From Macrostomum lignano (Eukaryota): a DNA stretch of 64,000 bases. Under the pieces are notes generated by a model that worked only from the letters and a program-made list of their open reading frames with translations, was not told the origin of the DNA and did no database searches. Both the position numbers and the translations under genes were made by a program. Of the stretch, positions 40,030 to 52,686 are shown piece after piece. Position 1 is the first letter of the stretch, and every line of letters starts with the position of its first letter. Location of the stretch: contig NIVC01002711.1 of assembly GCA_002269645.1 (NCBI GenBank), forward strand, positions 32,295 to 96,294, in the 5' to 3' direction.

Positions 40030-43000
40030 TGTGAAAACTCCACTTCGGGGGTAAGACCCCCCAAAGGCAGAGAGCTTGTATTTAATATAGCTGGCCAACA
40101 ATAAAGGTTGTCTGACAGAGCGTAAGCCAATCACACGCGCGCGTGCAGGTGTACACCTGCACTGTACATTACACTGAGCGGAGCAACTGAGCAGACCCAC
40201 GCTACCACATCTTTCCCCATTCTACATGGGGATCAGGGATCGCAAGAGAATACATTAGCGCAACACATTATAGTGTGAGGAACAAAAACTCAATAAATGA
40301 CTTAATAATAAATAATAATTAACCAGTACCAAAACTACGAAAACGCCAGATAGGAAAGCAACGACACAACAGAATAAGGAAAATAAACCATAACCATAAC
40401 AAAGTTCAAAATCCAAATTTAAACGTCCGAACACTACAGTCAATCAAAATAGTCTCTTTCACAGATGACGTCACCCGTAGATCAGGCGCTCCGGGGGACG
40501 TCGAACTCGCGACGATCGGCGCAGAGACCCGTCGATCTCAGGGTCTCCAGGAGCAGCCAGGTTTGGCGGCTCGTCCACAGCCGGCATTGCAGCTTCCGGC
40601 TCAGGTGCGGCCTTGGCGTCGGTAGCACCGTCTGTCACGCCAGCTCCTGTAGGCCGCGGCTGCTCAGGACCACCGCGGACATGGTCAACGTGCCGCCGCA
40701 CCACTCAGTCGTCGCCATCGAAGCCGCACAGGTAGGAGGCCGGACCGGCGGCACCGACAACTCGCGCCGGCTTCCACCGACCTCCGTTGGCTCCAAAGTC
40801 TCTGGCCAGTACAGCGTCTCCAGTCTCGAAGGTCCGGAACCGAGCCTTGCAGTCGTGGTGCTCTTTTTGCTGACTTTGCTTACGCTGTACTCTTGCTCCC
40901 AGGTCGGGCCGAGCTCGATCCAGCAACGTGCACAGTCGCCGTCCCATCAGGAGTTCGCAGGGAGCCACACCAGTTGTCGCATGCGGAGTGACCCGGTAGC
41001 TCAGCAGGAACCGGGCGACCTTATCCTCCAAGGAGCCTTCGCGCTGCTTCTCCAGGGACCGCTTCAGCGTCTGGACAGCTCGTTCCGCCAGGCCGTTGGA
41101 CGCCGGATGGTAGGGAGCAACGCGCACGTGCTGAATGCCGTTCTTCCGCAGAAAGTCGGACATCTCCTCGCTGACCAAGTTGGGCCCATTGTCCGACACC
41201 AGCACATCTGGCAACCCGTGCGTCGCGAAGCTGGAGCGGAGTTTCTGGATGGTGACAGCTGAGGTCGCTGACGTCACCACATGCACATCCAGCCACTTTG
41301 AATGGGCATCGACGACGACCAGCAGCATCTTGCCAGACACCGGACCCGCATAGTCGATACGCACTCGAGACCACGGTCGGTCAGGCCACGGCCACGACAA
41401 CATTGGCGAAGGCGCCGGGGCGTTCTGCAACTCCTGACAGTCAGAGCAGGCCTTGCCAGGTTTTCAATCTCCGAGTCTAATCCTGGCCACCAGAAATAAC
41501 CTCGGGCTAGCGTCTTCATGCGTGACGCCCCGCATGACCTTGATGCAGCACCTGGAGCAGTGCAGCTCGCGCTCCGACCGGGACCACCACTCGAGCGCCC
41601 CACAGGAGGCAGCCGTCTTGCACACTAAGCTCAGCCGCTCTCTTGGAGTATGGCAGCAGATCGTCACTGACCCGCTCTGGCCAGCCGATTTGCGTGAAGT
41701 GCAGAGCTCGGGCTAGTGTGGGGTCCCTTCGAGTCAGGCCGCGTATCTGAGCTGCCGTGACAGGTCCATCGTCCAGGTGGTCCATCAGCATGACCAGCTC
41801 TGCCAGCTTCGGGACCGTCGCTGGCTTGTCGGGCAGCGGCAGGTGACTCAGGGCATCGGCGCACAGCAGTGAGGCTCCGGCTCGGTGAACCATGCGGTAG
41901 TTATAGCCAGACAGCAGCAGAGCCCACCTCTGAATTCTTCCAGATGCCAGGGCCGGCATGGCCTTGTTCTCAGCAAGCAATCCAAGCAGAGGTTTGTGGT
42001 CACTCAGCAGCAGAATGGGCGGCCGAACAGGTACGCGTTGAACTTCTTGACCGCAAACACTACCGCGAGGGCTTCCTTCTCGAGCTGCGAGTAGTTTTTC
42101 TCAGCTTCGTGCAACGTACGCGAGGCAAAGGCCACAGGCCGGACAGCTCCATCGATCCTGAGGCTGATGACCGCGCCCAGACCGTAGGGGGACGCGTCGC
42201 ACTCGAGCAGCAGGTCTTCGCTCGGGTCAAAGTGCGCCAAAACCGGAGCCGAAGACAGCAGGGCCTTGCACTTCTCGAAAGCGGCGTTCTGAGCAGCGCC
42301 CCAGTTCCAGCGGTGTTGTTCACGCAGCAGCAGGTGCAGCGGTGCCAGGACTTGAGACAAATTAGGTAGGAACTTGCCATAGTAGTTCACCATGCCTAGG
42401 AAGCTGCGCAGCTGAGTTGCGTCCTTGGGAGCTGGAGCGCTGACAATGCGCTGGCATCGACAATGCGCTTGGGAGCCGATGCGCTGGCATCGATGCGGTG
42501 ACCGAGATAACTGACGCTCGTCTGCATGAACTGGCACTTCTCCAGTTTGCACCGGAGGCCACTCTGGCTCAGCTTCTCCAGAACCTGCTCCAGGGAGTTC
42601 AGATGACTGCTGTCGTCCTTCCCGGTGATGATGAGGTCATCGATGAAGCAGGCGGTGCTGGTGATTCCTTGCAGCAAGCAGTCCATCCGGCGCTGGAAAA
42701 TCCCGACCGCTGGCGAGACACCGAAGGGCAGCCGCGTGTACCGAAGCACCCCGTTGTGCGTATTGATCGTGCAGACTTCCTGGGAGGCCTCATCGAGTGG
42801 CAGCTGCATGTACGCCTGCGACAAGTCGAGCTTAGTGAAGAGCCGCCCACCAGTCAGCTTCGCGAACAGCTCTTCGATCCGCGGCAGAGGATACGAGTCG
42901 GGCTCCACGTTCGGGTTGACGGTCTGCTTAAAGTCGGAGCAGACCCTCACAGATCCGTCGGACTTGAGCACTGGCACCACCGGCGATGCGTACTCGGAGT

Positions 43001-44575
43001 GCTGCACGGGCACCAGGATTCCTTGTTCGATCTCGCGGTCCAGTTGGCTCTCCACCTTGTCCTTCAAAGCGAATGGGAGATTCCTGGCCTTCATAAAGCG
43101 GGGTTGAGCATCGGGTTTCATATTCAAACTCACTGGCGGTCCGTTGTACTTTCCTAGCTCAGGCGAAAAAAAAATCGCTGTACTTGTCGAGCAGCTGCTG
43201 CAGTCCGGGCGACACCTCAGGAGCAGCTGCCACCTGCTTGATTGATCTCCAGTCGAGCCGCAACTCGGACAGCCAGTCTCTTCCGAGCAGGTCGGATCCG
43301 CAGCCGGCGACCACAAGGAGGCTGAGTGACTTGGGCGGTGCTTCAGCAGCTTCCACAGCAACGCAGATGCAGCCTTCAATTGGCACTTTCTCACCGGAGT
43401 ATGTTCGCAGCTGCATGGATGCAGGCTGCAGTGCTGGCTGGGAGTTGAGCAAGGTCCTGTAGGTCTTCGAGGAGGCTCCGGTGTCCACTTCCATGACAAC
43501 AGGTCGGCCATTGATGCGCACCGTCGTTGTAATTGGCGCCACCTTCGACACTCGCTTGCCGGACAGCTGGTACAGAGAGTGGGCCGTTTCCTCCTCGCAG
43601 CTGTCTTTTTCCTCGCCGTTCTGCATCTGCAGAGCCTCTCTTCTATCGTCCTTCGACTGGGATTTGCAGGCAGCCGCAGTGTGGCCGGTCTTTGAGAACT
43701 TGTAGCACTTCTGGGTGGCGAACGGGCACTTATTAGCGAGATGCTTCGTTGACAGGCACCTGAAGCACCTCCTCGTCGAAGATGACTTCTGCTGTTGCTT
43801 GACAATGCTGACGGACTCCTGACTGACTGGATCTAGCTTACTCGCTCCCGACACCAGCTGGCAGCCCTTGGCAGCGGACTCGTGGGCCAGGGCCAGCTTC
43901 AATGCCTTCGCTAGAGTGAGATCGGGCTCCGCCAGCAGCCGCCGCTGAGCGCTGTCGTTGTTGATTCCCAGCACCAGCCTGTCGCGAAGTATCGAAGTCA
44001 GGCTGTCGCCGAACTTGCAGTCGCGAGCCAGGTCTCAGAGGTCTGCGACGAAGTCCGCGACGCCCTCACCTTCCCTGCGATTCTGGTGTAGAATCGGTAA
44101 CGATGGACGATCTCGGACTCCTCAGACTCGAAATGGCTCTTAAGTGCTTCGCAAATTTCGGTGTAGCTCTTGGCAGATGGCTGGGCAGGAGACAGAAGAC
44201 TGAAGGCCAGATGGAAGACTTTCTTGCCGCATGAACTCAGCAGAATCGCTCGCTTTTTCGCTTCCTCAGTGACGTCATTGGCAACAAAATATTGTTCTAA
44301 CCTTGCTTGGTACATATGCCACGGCTCAGAGCCTTCTTCGTATGGGCCGACAAGCCCTAGTGCACTTGCACTACTCATTTGCGCAGGATCGTTTCAGTCT
44401 CGTCGCCACTGTAAAAACTCCACTTCGGGGGTAAGACCCCCCCCCAAAGGCAGAGAGCTTGTATTTAATATAGCTGGCCAACAATAAAGGTTGTCTGACA
44501 GAGCGTAAGCCAATCACACGCGCGCGTGCAGGCATTACACTGAGCGGAGCAACTGAGCAGACCCACGCTACCACA
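40030..44575 (-). mobile_element. Full-length Ty3/gypsy LTR retrotransposon (short LTRs, Mag-like)
   Basis: TG..CA LTRs at 40030-40209 and 44410-44575; TTTTG TSD at 40025-40029 and 44576-44580; PBS TGGCGACGAG (44399-44408, complementary to a tRNA-Ser-type 3' end); PPT at ~40210-40220. Confidence 0.95.
40705..44378 (-). pseudogene. gag-pol with several frameshifts
   Basis: Two CCHC-like knuckles (CFRCLSTKHLANKC, CYKFSKTGHTAAAC), protease VDTGAS, RT FIDD, RNase H CDASPYGLGAVI, integrase HQGH..RIDYAGP..VSDNGP, in gypsy order PR-RT-RH-IN over several frames. Confidence 0.9.
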
Positions 44576-44671
44576 TTTTGATTGCAGCGCCAGCAGCGGT
44601 TTAAGTCTTGGGATTGCGGCAGACTCGGAATTCCGATCAGAGATGCCAAAGTAAAATGGCAAAATACTAAA

Positions 44672-45131
44672 ACAGGGGTTGGCAAACTCCAGTCTGAGGG
44701 CCAAATGTGGCCCGCTAAGCCTCTCCATCCAGCCCTTGGGTCCTTGGAATCTTCACAATAGCAATCCGGCCCACTCGATGTTTGTGTCTCTTCTCAGCTC
44801 TCTTCCCTCACCTCTCTCCTCTCCTCTCGGCTCTCATCTCCCCTTTCCTCTCCATTCTCTTCTCCCTTCCCACCTCTCTCCTCTCCTTTCTCCTGTCCTA
44901 TTTTATCTCTCTTCTCGTCTACTCTCTTCTCCTTTATTCATTCGCCTCTTCTTTCTCCTGCGCTCATATTTCTCTTCTCTATTCCCTATCCTCTCTCCCT
45001 CCTCTGGCCCGCAATCATCAGGGACTCCTGGGCGCGCGTTTCGCTTAAGGGGCCCAGCGACGCGGACCCAGAAGGGCAGCCATGCGCTGTTCACAATCTG
45101 GCCCTTGAGGTAAAAAGTTTGCTGACGCCTG
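44672..45131. mobile_element. hAT-type MITE with CT-rich interior
   Basis: Imperfect TIRs CAGGGGTTGGCAAACT / AGTTTGCTGACGCCTG; 8-bp TSD TACTAAAA / CACTAAAA. Confidence 0.8.
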
Positions 45132-45179
45132 CACTAAAAGCACTAGGCTTAGGCACATTCGAAAAAAACTGTTAGTGCT

Positions 45180-46020
45180 AGGAGGAGAAGAGAGGAGGAG
45201 AGGAGAGGAGAGGAGAGGAGAGGAGAGGAGAGGAGAGGAGAGGAGAGGAGAGGAGAGGAGGAGAGGAGAGAAGAGGAGAGGAGAGGAGAGGAGAGGAGAG
45301 GAGAGGAGAGAAGAGGAGAGGAGAGGAGAGAAGAGGAGAGGAGAGGAGAGGAGAGGAGAGGAGAGGAGGAGAGGAGAGGAGAGGAGAGGAGAGGAGAGGA
45401 GAGGAGAGGAGAGGAGAGAAGAGGAGAGGAGAGGAGAGGAGAGAAGAGGAGAGGAGAAGAGAGGAGGAGAGGAGAGGAGAGGAGAGGAGAGAGGAGAGGA
45501 GAGGAGAGAAGAGGAGAGGAGAGGAGAGAAGAGGAGAGGAGAGGAGAGAAGAGGAGAGGAGAGGAGGAGAGGAGAGGAGAGGAGAGGAGAGGAGAGGAGA
45601 GGAGAGGAGAGGAGAGGAGAGGAGAGGAGGAGAGGAGAGGAGAGGAGAGGAGAGGAGAGGAGAGGAGAGAAGAGGAGAGGAGAGGAGAGGAGAGGAGAGG
45701 AGGAGAGGAGAGGAGAGGAGAGGAGAGGAGAGGAGAGAAGAGGAGAGGAGAGGAGAGAAGAGGAGAGGAGAGGAGAGGAGAGGAGAGAAGAGGAGAGGAG
45801 AGGAGAGGAGAGGAGAGAAGAGGAGAGGAGAAGAGAGGAGGAGAGGAGAGGAGAGGAGAGGAGAGGAGAGGAGAGGAGAGGAGAGGAGAGGAGAGAAGAG
45901 GAGAGGAGAGGAGAGAAGAGGAGAGGAGAGGAGAAGAGAGGAGAGGAGAGGAGAGGAGAGGAGAGGAGAGAAGAGGAGGGGAGAGGAGAAGAGAGGAGAG
46001 GAGAGGAGAGCAGGAGAGGT
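45180..46020. repeat. (GAGAG)n polypurine microsatellite, ~840 bp
   Basis: Direct reading. Confidence 0.98.
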
Positions 46021-46079
46021 AACTGAGAAGAGACATACCTTGAGCAGGCTGGATTGTCATTCTAAAGTGTCCAAGGATC

Positions 46080-46146
46080 CCGAGGGCCGGATAGTGAGGC
46101 TGTGCGGGCCCCATATGGCCCGCGGGCCGGAGTAGCCCACCTTTGC
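46080..46146. mobile_element. Right end of a hAT-type MITE
   Basis: GGCCCGCGGGCCGGAGTAGCCCACCTTTG resembles the right end of the 59031-60374 MITE; no left end found. Confidence 0.55.
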
Positions 46147-46885
46147 GTAGTGGAATGGGATTGAGAACAACATGAACTACATAACATGCATATCAGTTTG
46201 ATACCCTTAGCTTCTAAAGACTCAGAAAAGCCAAAGCCCGAAACCGGCCGACACTTGCTTGAAATTAAAAAAGGGCACTTGCTGGATCATGCAAAAACCA
46301 GGGGTTCCGACACCCCTGACCCCAGATACCAAGCTGCCTAATTTCATAGGTGACAGACGACCCGCAATCAGCGAGGACGTGCGCACATTGGCTCCCACTA
46401 ATTATCATTTTTTCACCTTACTACTAGTCCAGACCGCATACTTAGCTATACACAACAGATAGTAAAATATTCAGGAAATGTACAAATAAAACAGCTTAAG
46501 CATTCGCAGAAAGGTCGGTTCACTCGCTGGCTAAATTTTCAAGCCTACTTTTACAATGAAATGTCTGCACAAAAAAATTCTGCTAGTACTCAATAGAGAA
46601 TTCTTACTGTGCGCAATCTTCATCGACCATGCAGTCTTTCCTTTCTCTCCATCTTATTCTCTTAGCCCCCAATGTGAGTGCGCACGAAGACCCAGCGTGC
46701 ACAATAGACGTCGCTAGTAAGACTTCTCTCATTCTGTAAAGCAAAATACGGTAAATATAAACTACTGCAGTTACCATCCAGTAATTTCTTCTCTTTATAT
46801 GACACAGTCCAACTGTTTCAAAAAAGTATTAATTTCGTTTCCGTAACTAACTAGCAGCTATTGCAGGATAATTCGGGAATACAAA

Positions 46886-48194
46886 ATGCATCGGCAAATC
46901 ATAAAACAATGGCAATCGGCTTTTATAGCGACTCTGCTATTTTCAGCTTTGGCAACCGGCATTTTCTACTTTGACAGTCACGTCAGTCAGAGTGGTCGAC
47001 AGAAAGTTCAACTCAAGCAGTCATGGGTAGCTTCAGAACAGTTCGGAACAATCTTCAACAAGATTAGTGAGTAAAAAGTAATGTATGATTGTGTCTGCAC
47101 ATTCTTCAAAGCACCAAACTTTCTGTAATATCTTTCAGAGAGAAACAGCTTGTTGATGGCAATCCAAGCAGCAAAGTCGAGAAGTCCAGCTAACGCAAAT
47201 TATCAGTATGCTAAGCTGGACGAAAGCTTTTTGATAAATAATTTTCAAGGCCTCAAAACGATAGTCAGACCTTTGGCAAAAAAAGTACACAGCGAAGGTG
47301 GACCAGCTGATGGTGCATCGGCTTCCCGTGGTTGACACGAAGCACTGGGAGCTGCGCAGACCCAACGGTGAGCGGCTGTCTGTTCAAGCAGTGCAGCAGC
47401 TGCTCAGAGATCCCAACTACAAAGTGCCGAACGCTGTGCACTACATCCTGCCATTCAGCGATCCGGTGATCCAGTTTCACCACTTGGTCTGCATCCTGAG
47501 CGGCGTGTGGGTTCTGCGACCCGACTTTGTGATCTTCTGGTACAGCAGCGAGCCGAAGGGACAAAACTGGGACCTGCTGAAGCGAAACCTCACCGAGTCC
47601 GGTGTGTGGTTCACCAAAGTGTTGCTGGCTCACAGAAGTGTGCCAAAGTCGGTGTACACCCAGCCAGTGCTGATCAGAGAGCACCAGTCCGACGTCATTC
47701 GAATGGAGGCGCTGCTGGTTTTCGGCGGAGTGTACTCGGACCTCGACGTGATCTCGCTGAGATCGATGCAGCCGTTGAGAAACTACTCGTTCACCATCGG
47801 TCGGGAGCTGCCTCAGAACCTGTGCAACGGAGTGTTCTTGTCAGCGCCGAACTCGACACTGCTGGCTCTGTGGCACGTGGCCTACCAGTCACTGGACGAC
47901 TCCGGCTGGGGTGAGCACTCGCTGATGCTGCCCAACCGGCTGTGCCACGCATTTCCTGAGCACTGCCACGTTGAGCAGGACAGCATGGACCGGCCGAACT
48001 TTCTAGCAAAGGAGATTGTGCTCATCTACGGTAAACAGAGAGGCTGGGACTGGCGCAAGAAGAACTACGCAATGCACCTGTGGTACCGTATGCACAAGCG
48101 CAAGTACAACATGGAGAGCATTAAGCACGTCGACTCAATGCTAGGCGACATGTTTCGATTTGTTTTGTTTGGTAACAGCACGCTTGTAACCTGA
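46886..48194 (+). CDS. GT32 (DxD) alpha-1,4-N-acetylglucosaminyltransferase-like type II membrane protein, paralogue A; exons 46886-47066 and 47139-48194; +1 frameshift at 47278-47284
   Basis: N-terminal signal anchor; A|GTGAGT donor and tttcag| acceptor (phase 1); VPNAVHYI, HQSDVIRMEALLVFGGVYSDLDV, HLWY motifs. A7 run is one base longer than the frame of paralogue B needs. Confidence 0.8.
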
Positions 48195-48619
48195 GAAATA
48201 TCAGCTGAAGTTTGCAATAAATATTGTAACTGGTTCCAAGCTTTTTTTCAGCCAGTAAACTTATTAAACTCTTCTTTTCGAAGCACAGATAAAAATGCGT
48301 ACTGTAATGTAAAGAGTTCATGTTACTGAATATATAGTGTCGGTATAAGTTTTATGCAATTGTCAATTTTAGAAAGACTTGTTATACACATTATTTTGTT
48401 TGCAATTTTGTTTACCGATCGCCCTGCGACAGATGTACAGGCTAGTGTTGCTGCTAGCCTGTGGTTAACATGCAGAGAACGTCGTTCTCGTGCGATCAGA
48501 CGACACTAAGGCTTCAATGTTAGTTCATATACAGTACGAGCGTGACTTTATTTTCAATTCAACAGTAGCTATTGAACCAGTTAATACGAGCTAGCTTGAA
48601 TCTCCTGACTCAGTAATAT

Positions 48620-49066
48620 GATGGGTTTCGACCTTTCAGGCCCCTTGTGAGGAAGCCTTCGGGCCTCAGGCCTCAGAAATAAATCAATTAGAGTCCTGGC
48701 CCCCCACTCCTGTCAGATGGTCAGCCCCATGGTAGCTTGATCGTGTGGCGAGCAGTCTAGGTCCTATAGCTAAGAGAGGGACAGCGAGAGACAAGCAGGG
48801 AGAATTTTGAAGGTAGAAATTAGCTAATCCGCAGACTAAGCTAACTCGCTGCCACCAGCCCCGTACGTCCTGGCTCACCACACCGGGACTCTCGAAATCG
48901 GGCTTCCGACTAGAAGGGGCTTTGCACTTACCTGCCAACTAGTGTCTTTTTGCTGTCAATCTCGAAGTCATAGCCGATGATAAGGGACACTGCTGGGACT
49001 AGATCGCATTGGCCATGCAGGTACAGAGGGGACTTGTGCAGGGGATTCTTGCAGTGGCGAGTCTAT
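48620..49066 (+). repeat. Dispersed unclassified repeat, inverted copy at 62073-62510
   Basis: Collinear similarity over ~440 bp (CACTCCTGTCAGATGGTCAGCCCCATGGTA, TAGCTAATCCGCAGA, GGGACTAG(A/G)ATCGCATT). Confidence 0.85.
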
Positions 49067-49199
49067 GGGGTAGCTACATGTACTATTACATTGCTAAATA
49101 CGAAGATATGTACTTTTGGCCTTCAACGCGCCAACTAGCCTCTCATAGCGCTGATGATAGACTAACTCGAACTTCAGAGACCTCGCATGATTCATTACC

Positions 49200-50110
49200 C
49201 GAGCCGCTTGGCTAACCTAGAGTGCACAAAGTACATCTCTGGCGCCGATTCTGCACTTCTGGCAGTTTTGCTCACTGATTTGATTGATTGATCGACTGAG
49301 AACTGCCTTGCCATTGGTCCACTGTGACCGGCGCCTACTAGCTTAGCTACTCATCTGAGCCGTCGGCGAACAAAGAAATAAAACCGATAAAAATAACTGT
49401 TAGATTTGACCTTCTCCTTAGATCACTTCACACCTCAGATTGAATTGGAGTTTCAGACTACTAGCAGTATTATTAAGTGATTTCTGCCTCAGTAACAGCA
49501 CTACTGAACAAAATGAGCAAAAGTGTGCGCCTAATCCAGCTACTGAAACAGGGGACAGATAGGGAATCACCCAATCAAGCAAGTCTAGGTAGCCTCTCAC
49601 CCAACCAATCAGAAACTCAACAGCCGGAGACCAGGTAATCCACAGTGACCGAATCGGCTTGATGCTCTGTACCTGTAGACTCGGGATGATGCTGACACAA
49701 TCTTCGCTGATAGCTAGCAGGTGATGATCTTCGCTTGATATTCGCTGCTGATGACCGGGGGACTCGTCCTTGATGATGATGGGGGGGGGGGGGAAGTCGC
49801 AATCCGGGGATCAAGAAACGACGGTCAGGCTCCGGGAGGTCTCTAGCTAGGCCAAGTTCCCAGGAGGTTGAGGTCCGAGCGGGCCAAAAACACCGGTTTA
49901 AATAGCCGCCAACTGGACCGCAGTTTGTTATAATGGAACACGTCGATTCTGATTGGCTGAGCCGTTTTGTTAAAATGAGCGTCGAATTTTCTGATTGACT
50001 AAGCTTGTTGCTACCCAGAATCACGTGACCGAGAGATCCTATCAGTTCCCACAGGGTCGTAAAAAGATGACAGGTGCGGCCATAAATCAATCAAAATCGC
50101 AACAAAATAA
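49200..50110 (-). mobile_element. LTR-like repeat related to the 60.6-61.9 kb element
   Basis: Reverse complement of ~49890-50095 shares TGATTTATG(G/A)CCGCACCTGTCA and CAATCAGAAAATTCG..CATTTTAACAAAA..CTCAGCCAATC with 60995-61220. Confidence 0.55.
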
Positions 50111-50789
50111 TTTATGACTTTTCGCGTAGGATTGACAGAAATTAATGAAAAAATATACATTAGAAAGCTCTTATTAAATAGAAAGTGAAGATAATGAAGA
50201 GAAATTGCTAATCACTAATCCCAAAGTACTTTTAGGGGTAAAACGCATAGCTGTCAAAGCTGTCACACGCTTGAGTGAACACGAACAATAGGCCCTGACC
50301 TCATAAATCTTGATGGCCTGTCAAAATGATGAGAAAAAAGCTACCGCCCGCATCCCCTCAGACCATCTGGCGCCCGCCTCAACACTGAGTGAGGCGCAGG
50401 TGGCTGTCAGACCAGCTTCGAAAGCGATGATTTATGACCCAAAAAGCAATGCCTATGTTATTATGACTACTAGTATGGCCAACATTATATCTAGTATAGA
50501 TTCTATGACAATTTGCAGAAAAAGGATAAAAATGCCCATTGCCCACTGTTAGTAGGCAAGTAAGTTCAGAGCCATGTGCTGGCGCGGGATTTGGGAAAAA
50601 GTGCGTCCTCATCAAATATAGCTGGCAAATGATTTAGGCAAGTCGATTGGGTCTTTTTATTTGGTCAAATTCAATAACATACCTGATATGGAGCACGTGA
50701 AAGAATTAACACTGACAATGACTACGGAGCACAGGGCAAAGATACCTCACTAAATTTACTAGGTAGTTCTAACTTTCACATGGTGTAAA

Positions 50790-52290
50790 TAGTGGGTCCC
50801 AAGGTTCGTAAATGACCAGATTAGGCGGAACGCCACGAGGAGACTGGCGCAACTCGATCATGCGCTGGTTCGCATGAGCGAGCGCCGCCTCATCACCATG
50901 GCTCCGCTGGCTCCCCGATCAGACCATCGACCTCTGATCTGCGACTTGCGGCTCAACGACCAGCTCTACCGACCACCAAAGCAGCAGCCACGGCGCTACT
51001 ATCGCGCTCTGTCGGACACCCGCGTGAAGCGTCGATTCGCGGGCGCCTTCGTCGGCGCGCTTGGAGACCAGCGAGGCGAAGTATTCCGACATCAGCACCG
51101 CCGTTAGAGCCGTTGCGGAGCAGAAGGTCCCGCTGATGCGAAATCGCTGCCTGTCTGGCAGAGCGACCCGACCATCAGGCAGGCGCGGTTCAACATCGAG
51201 CGACTCTGCAGAAACCGGTGGCCCACGGGCGATGCTGAAGACGCGTTTAAGCGCCTTATAGATAAGCGGCAACAGGCCGCTGTCGACGACGCCGTCCGGT
51301 CCATCACTGCAGCCGGCACCGACCTGAAGAGCGGCAGTGTGGACGGCCGACGGAGGCGCAAAAAGTGCGTGGCGCTGAATTTAGCCGGTGACACCCTGGA
51401 GGAATGCAGGAATGAATCGCGCGACTTTTTCGCCGGCATCGTGAACGCGTTCGTGTCGCCGCTGTCTGTTAGTTTTGCGCTCCCACCGGACACGCCGCTC
51501 CCAGCTGAGGAGGACTTCTGCACCAGACCAGTCTCCACGGAGGACGTTGTGCTGTTCGCTCAGAAAATATCAGGCGGCAAGGCGCTCGGTCCCGACGAAG
51601 TCCCGGTCGAGCCGCTGTGTGGCCTCCCAGGTCACAGGCGTCATGAACCGCGTGCTCGCTGGTGCCCCCGCGCCCACGGAGTGGACCGTTGGGCACATCG
51701 CGCCGATCCCGAAGAAGGCAGGGACAACGCGGAAAGACCACCGCGGGATCTCGCTGATGTCCTGCACCGCGAAGCTTCAACCGGCTGCTGCTCGATCGTC
51801 TGCAGTCGGTGCTGGACCCGTACCTGCCGTACGAGCAGAACGGATTCCGGCCGCAACGCGGTACAGTGACACATATCCTGGCACTCCGCCGTGCCATCGA
51901 GGAGCCGCGTATCCGCCAGTCTACGCTGATCATTGTCTTCGTTGACTTTCTAAAGTCGTTTGACTCGGTGCTGAGAGCCGCGCGTCCTTCGAGCCTACCG
52001 GGTCCCGCAGCAGCTAATCGACGCTGTCATGGCGTTGTATTGCGACACTCGAGCTGCTGTGGTGACGGCGGACCGCCTGTCTGACCTGTTCGACACTTAA
52101 TCAGAAGTTCTGCAGGGCGACACGCTGGCGCCGTTCCTCTACGCGCTGCTGCTGGACTGAGTGCTTCGAACCGCACTCCCCTCGGCTGACGACGGCTTCC
52201 TGCTGCGCAGACGTATCAGTCACCGCCACGGCGAAAAGCGCCTGAGCGTGCTTGGCTACGTCGACGACCTCGCTCTCCTGTCTACCAGTC
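50790..52290 (+). mobile_element. Non-LTR retrotransposon (RTE/CR1-like) fragment: endonuclease end through RT YxDD, frameshifted
   Basis: SDHRPL, GKALGPDEVP, IAPIPKK, HRGISLMS, EQNGFRP, FVDFLKSFDSV, LQGDTLAPFL, LGYVDDLALLS. Confidence 0.9.
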
Positions 52291-52686
52291 TACCAGTTTA
52301 CCAGCGTTGTAGATAGAGATCCGATTTTTTACTGGTTGACCGTCGTAAAAATGAAATTCGCAACTTGTTTATGAAGATATACTCTTACACCTACTTGGCG
52401 TCAAAAGTATTCGTCACACTCAGCTAAGGTGTACAATTCTCTGTACGCGCCTGTGTGTATGCAACTGTACAGGGCTGCTACGCTCGTATAAACCACTGAT
52501 AAGAAATAACACGGCTGAAATGCCTTCCTCGCTCAAGCGCTACATGTAATATAATAATAGGTACAGCAAAATTTCAGGAGTTGACTATAAAACCGACTAA
52601 CCTCAATGCAAGCACGTTAGAGCTCAGCCTATCCCCATACTAACCGTTGAATTTTCTATATCCCCAGATCACCGTTAGATCTCTAG

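Noticed and set aside
40705-44378. Programmed frameshifting in gag-pol
   Set aside because: There are several frame breaks inside conserved domains, so decay or indel errors explain them better.
45149-46114. Long ORFs (EERRG / SSPLL repeats), and similar ORFs over the AGAC, 27-bp, 20-bp, 23-bp and 18-bp arrays
   Set aside because: These are stop-free frames produced by simple repeats.
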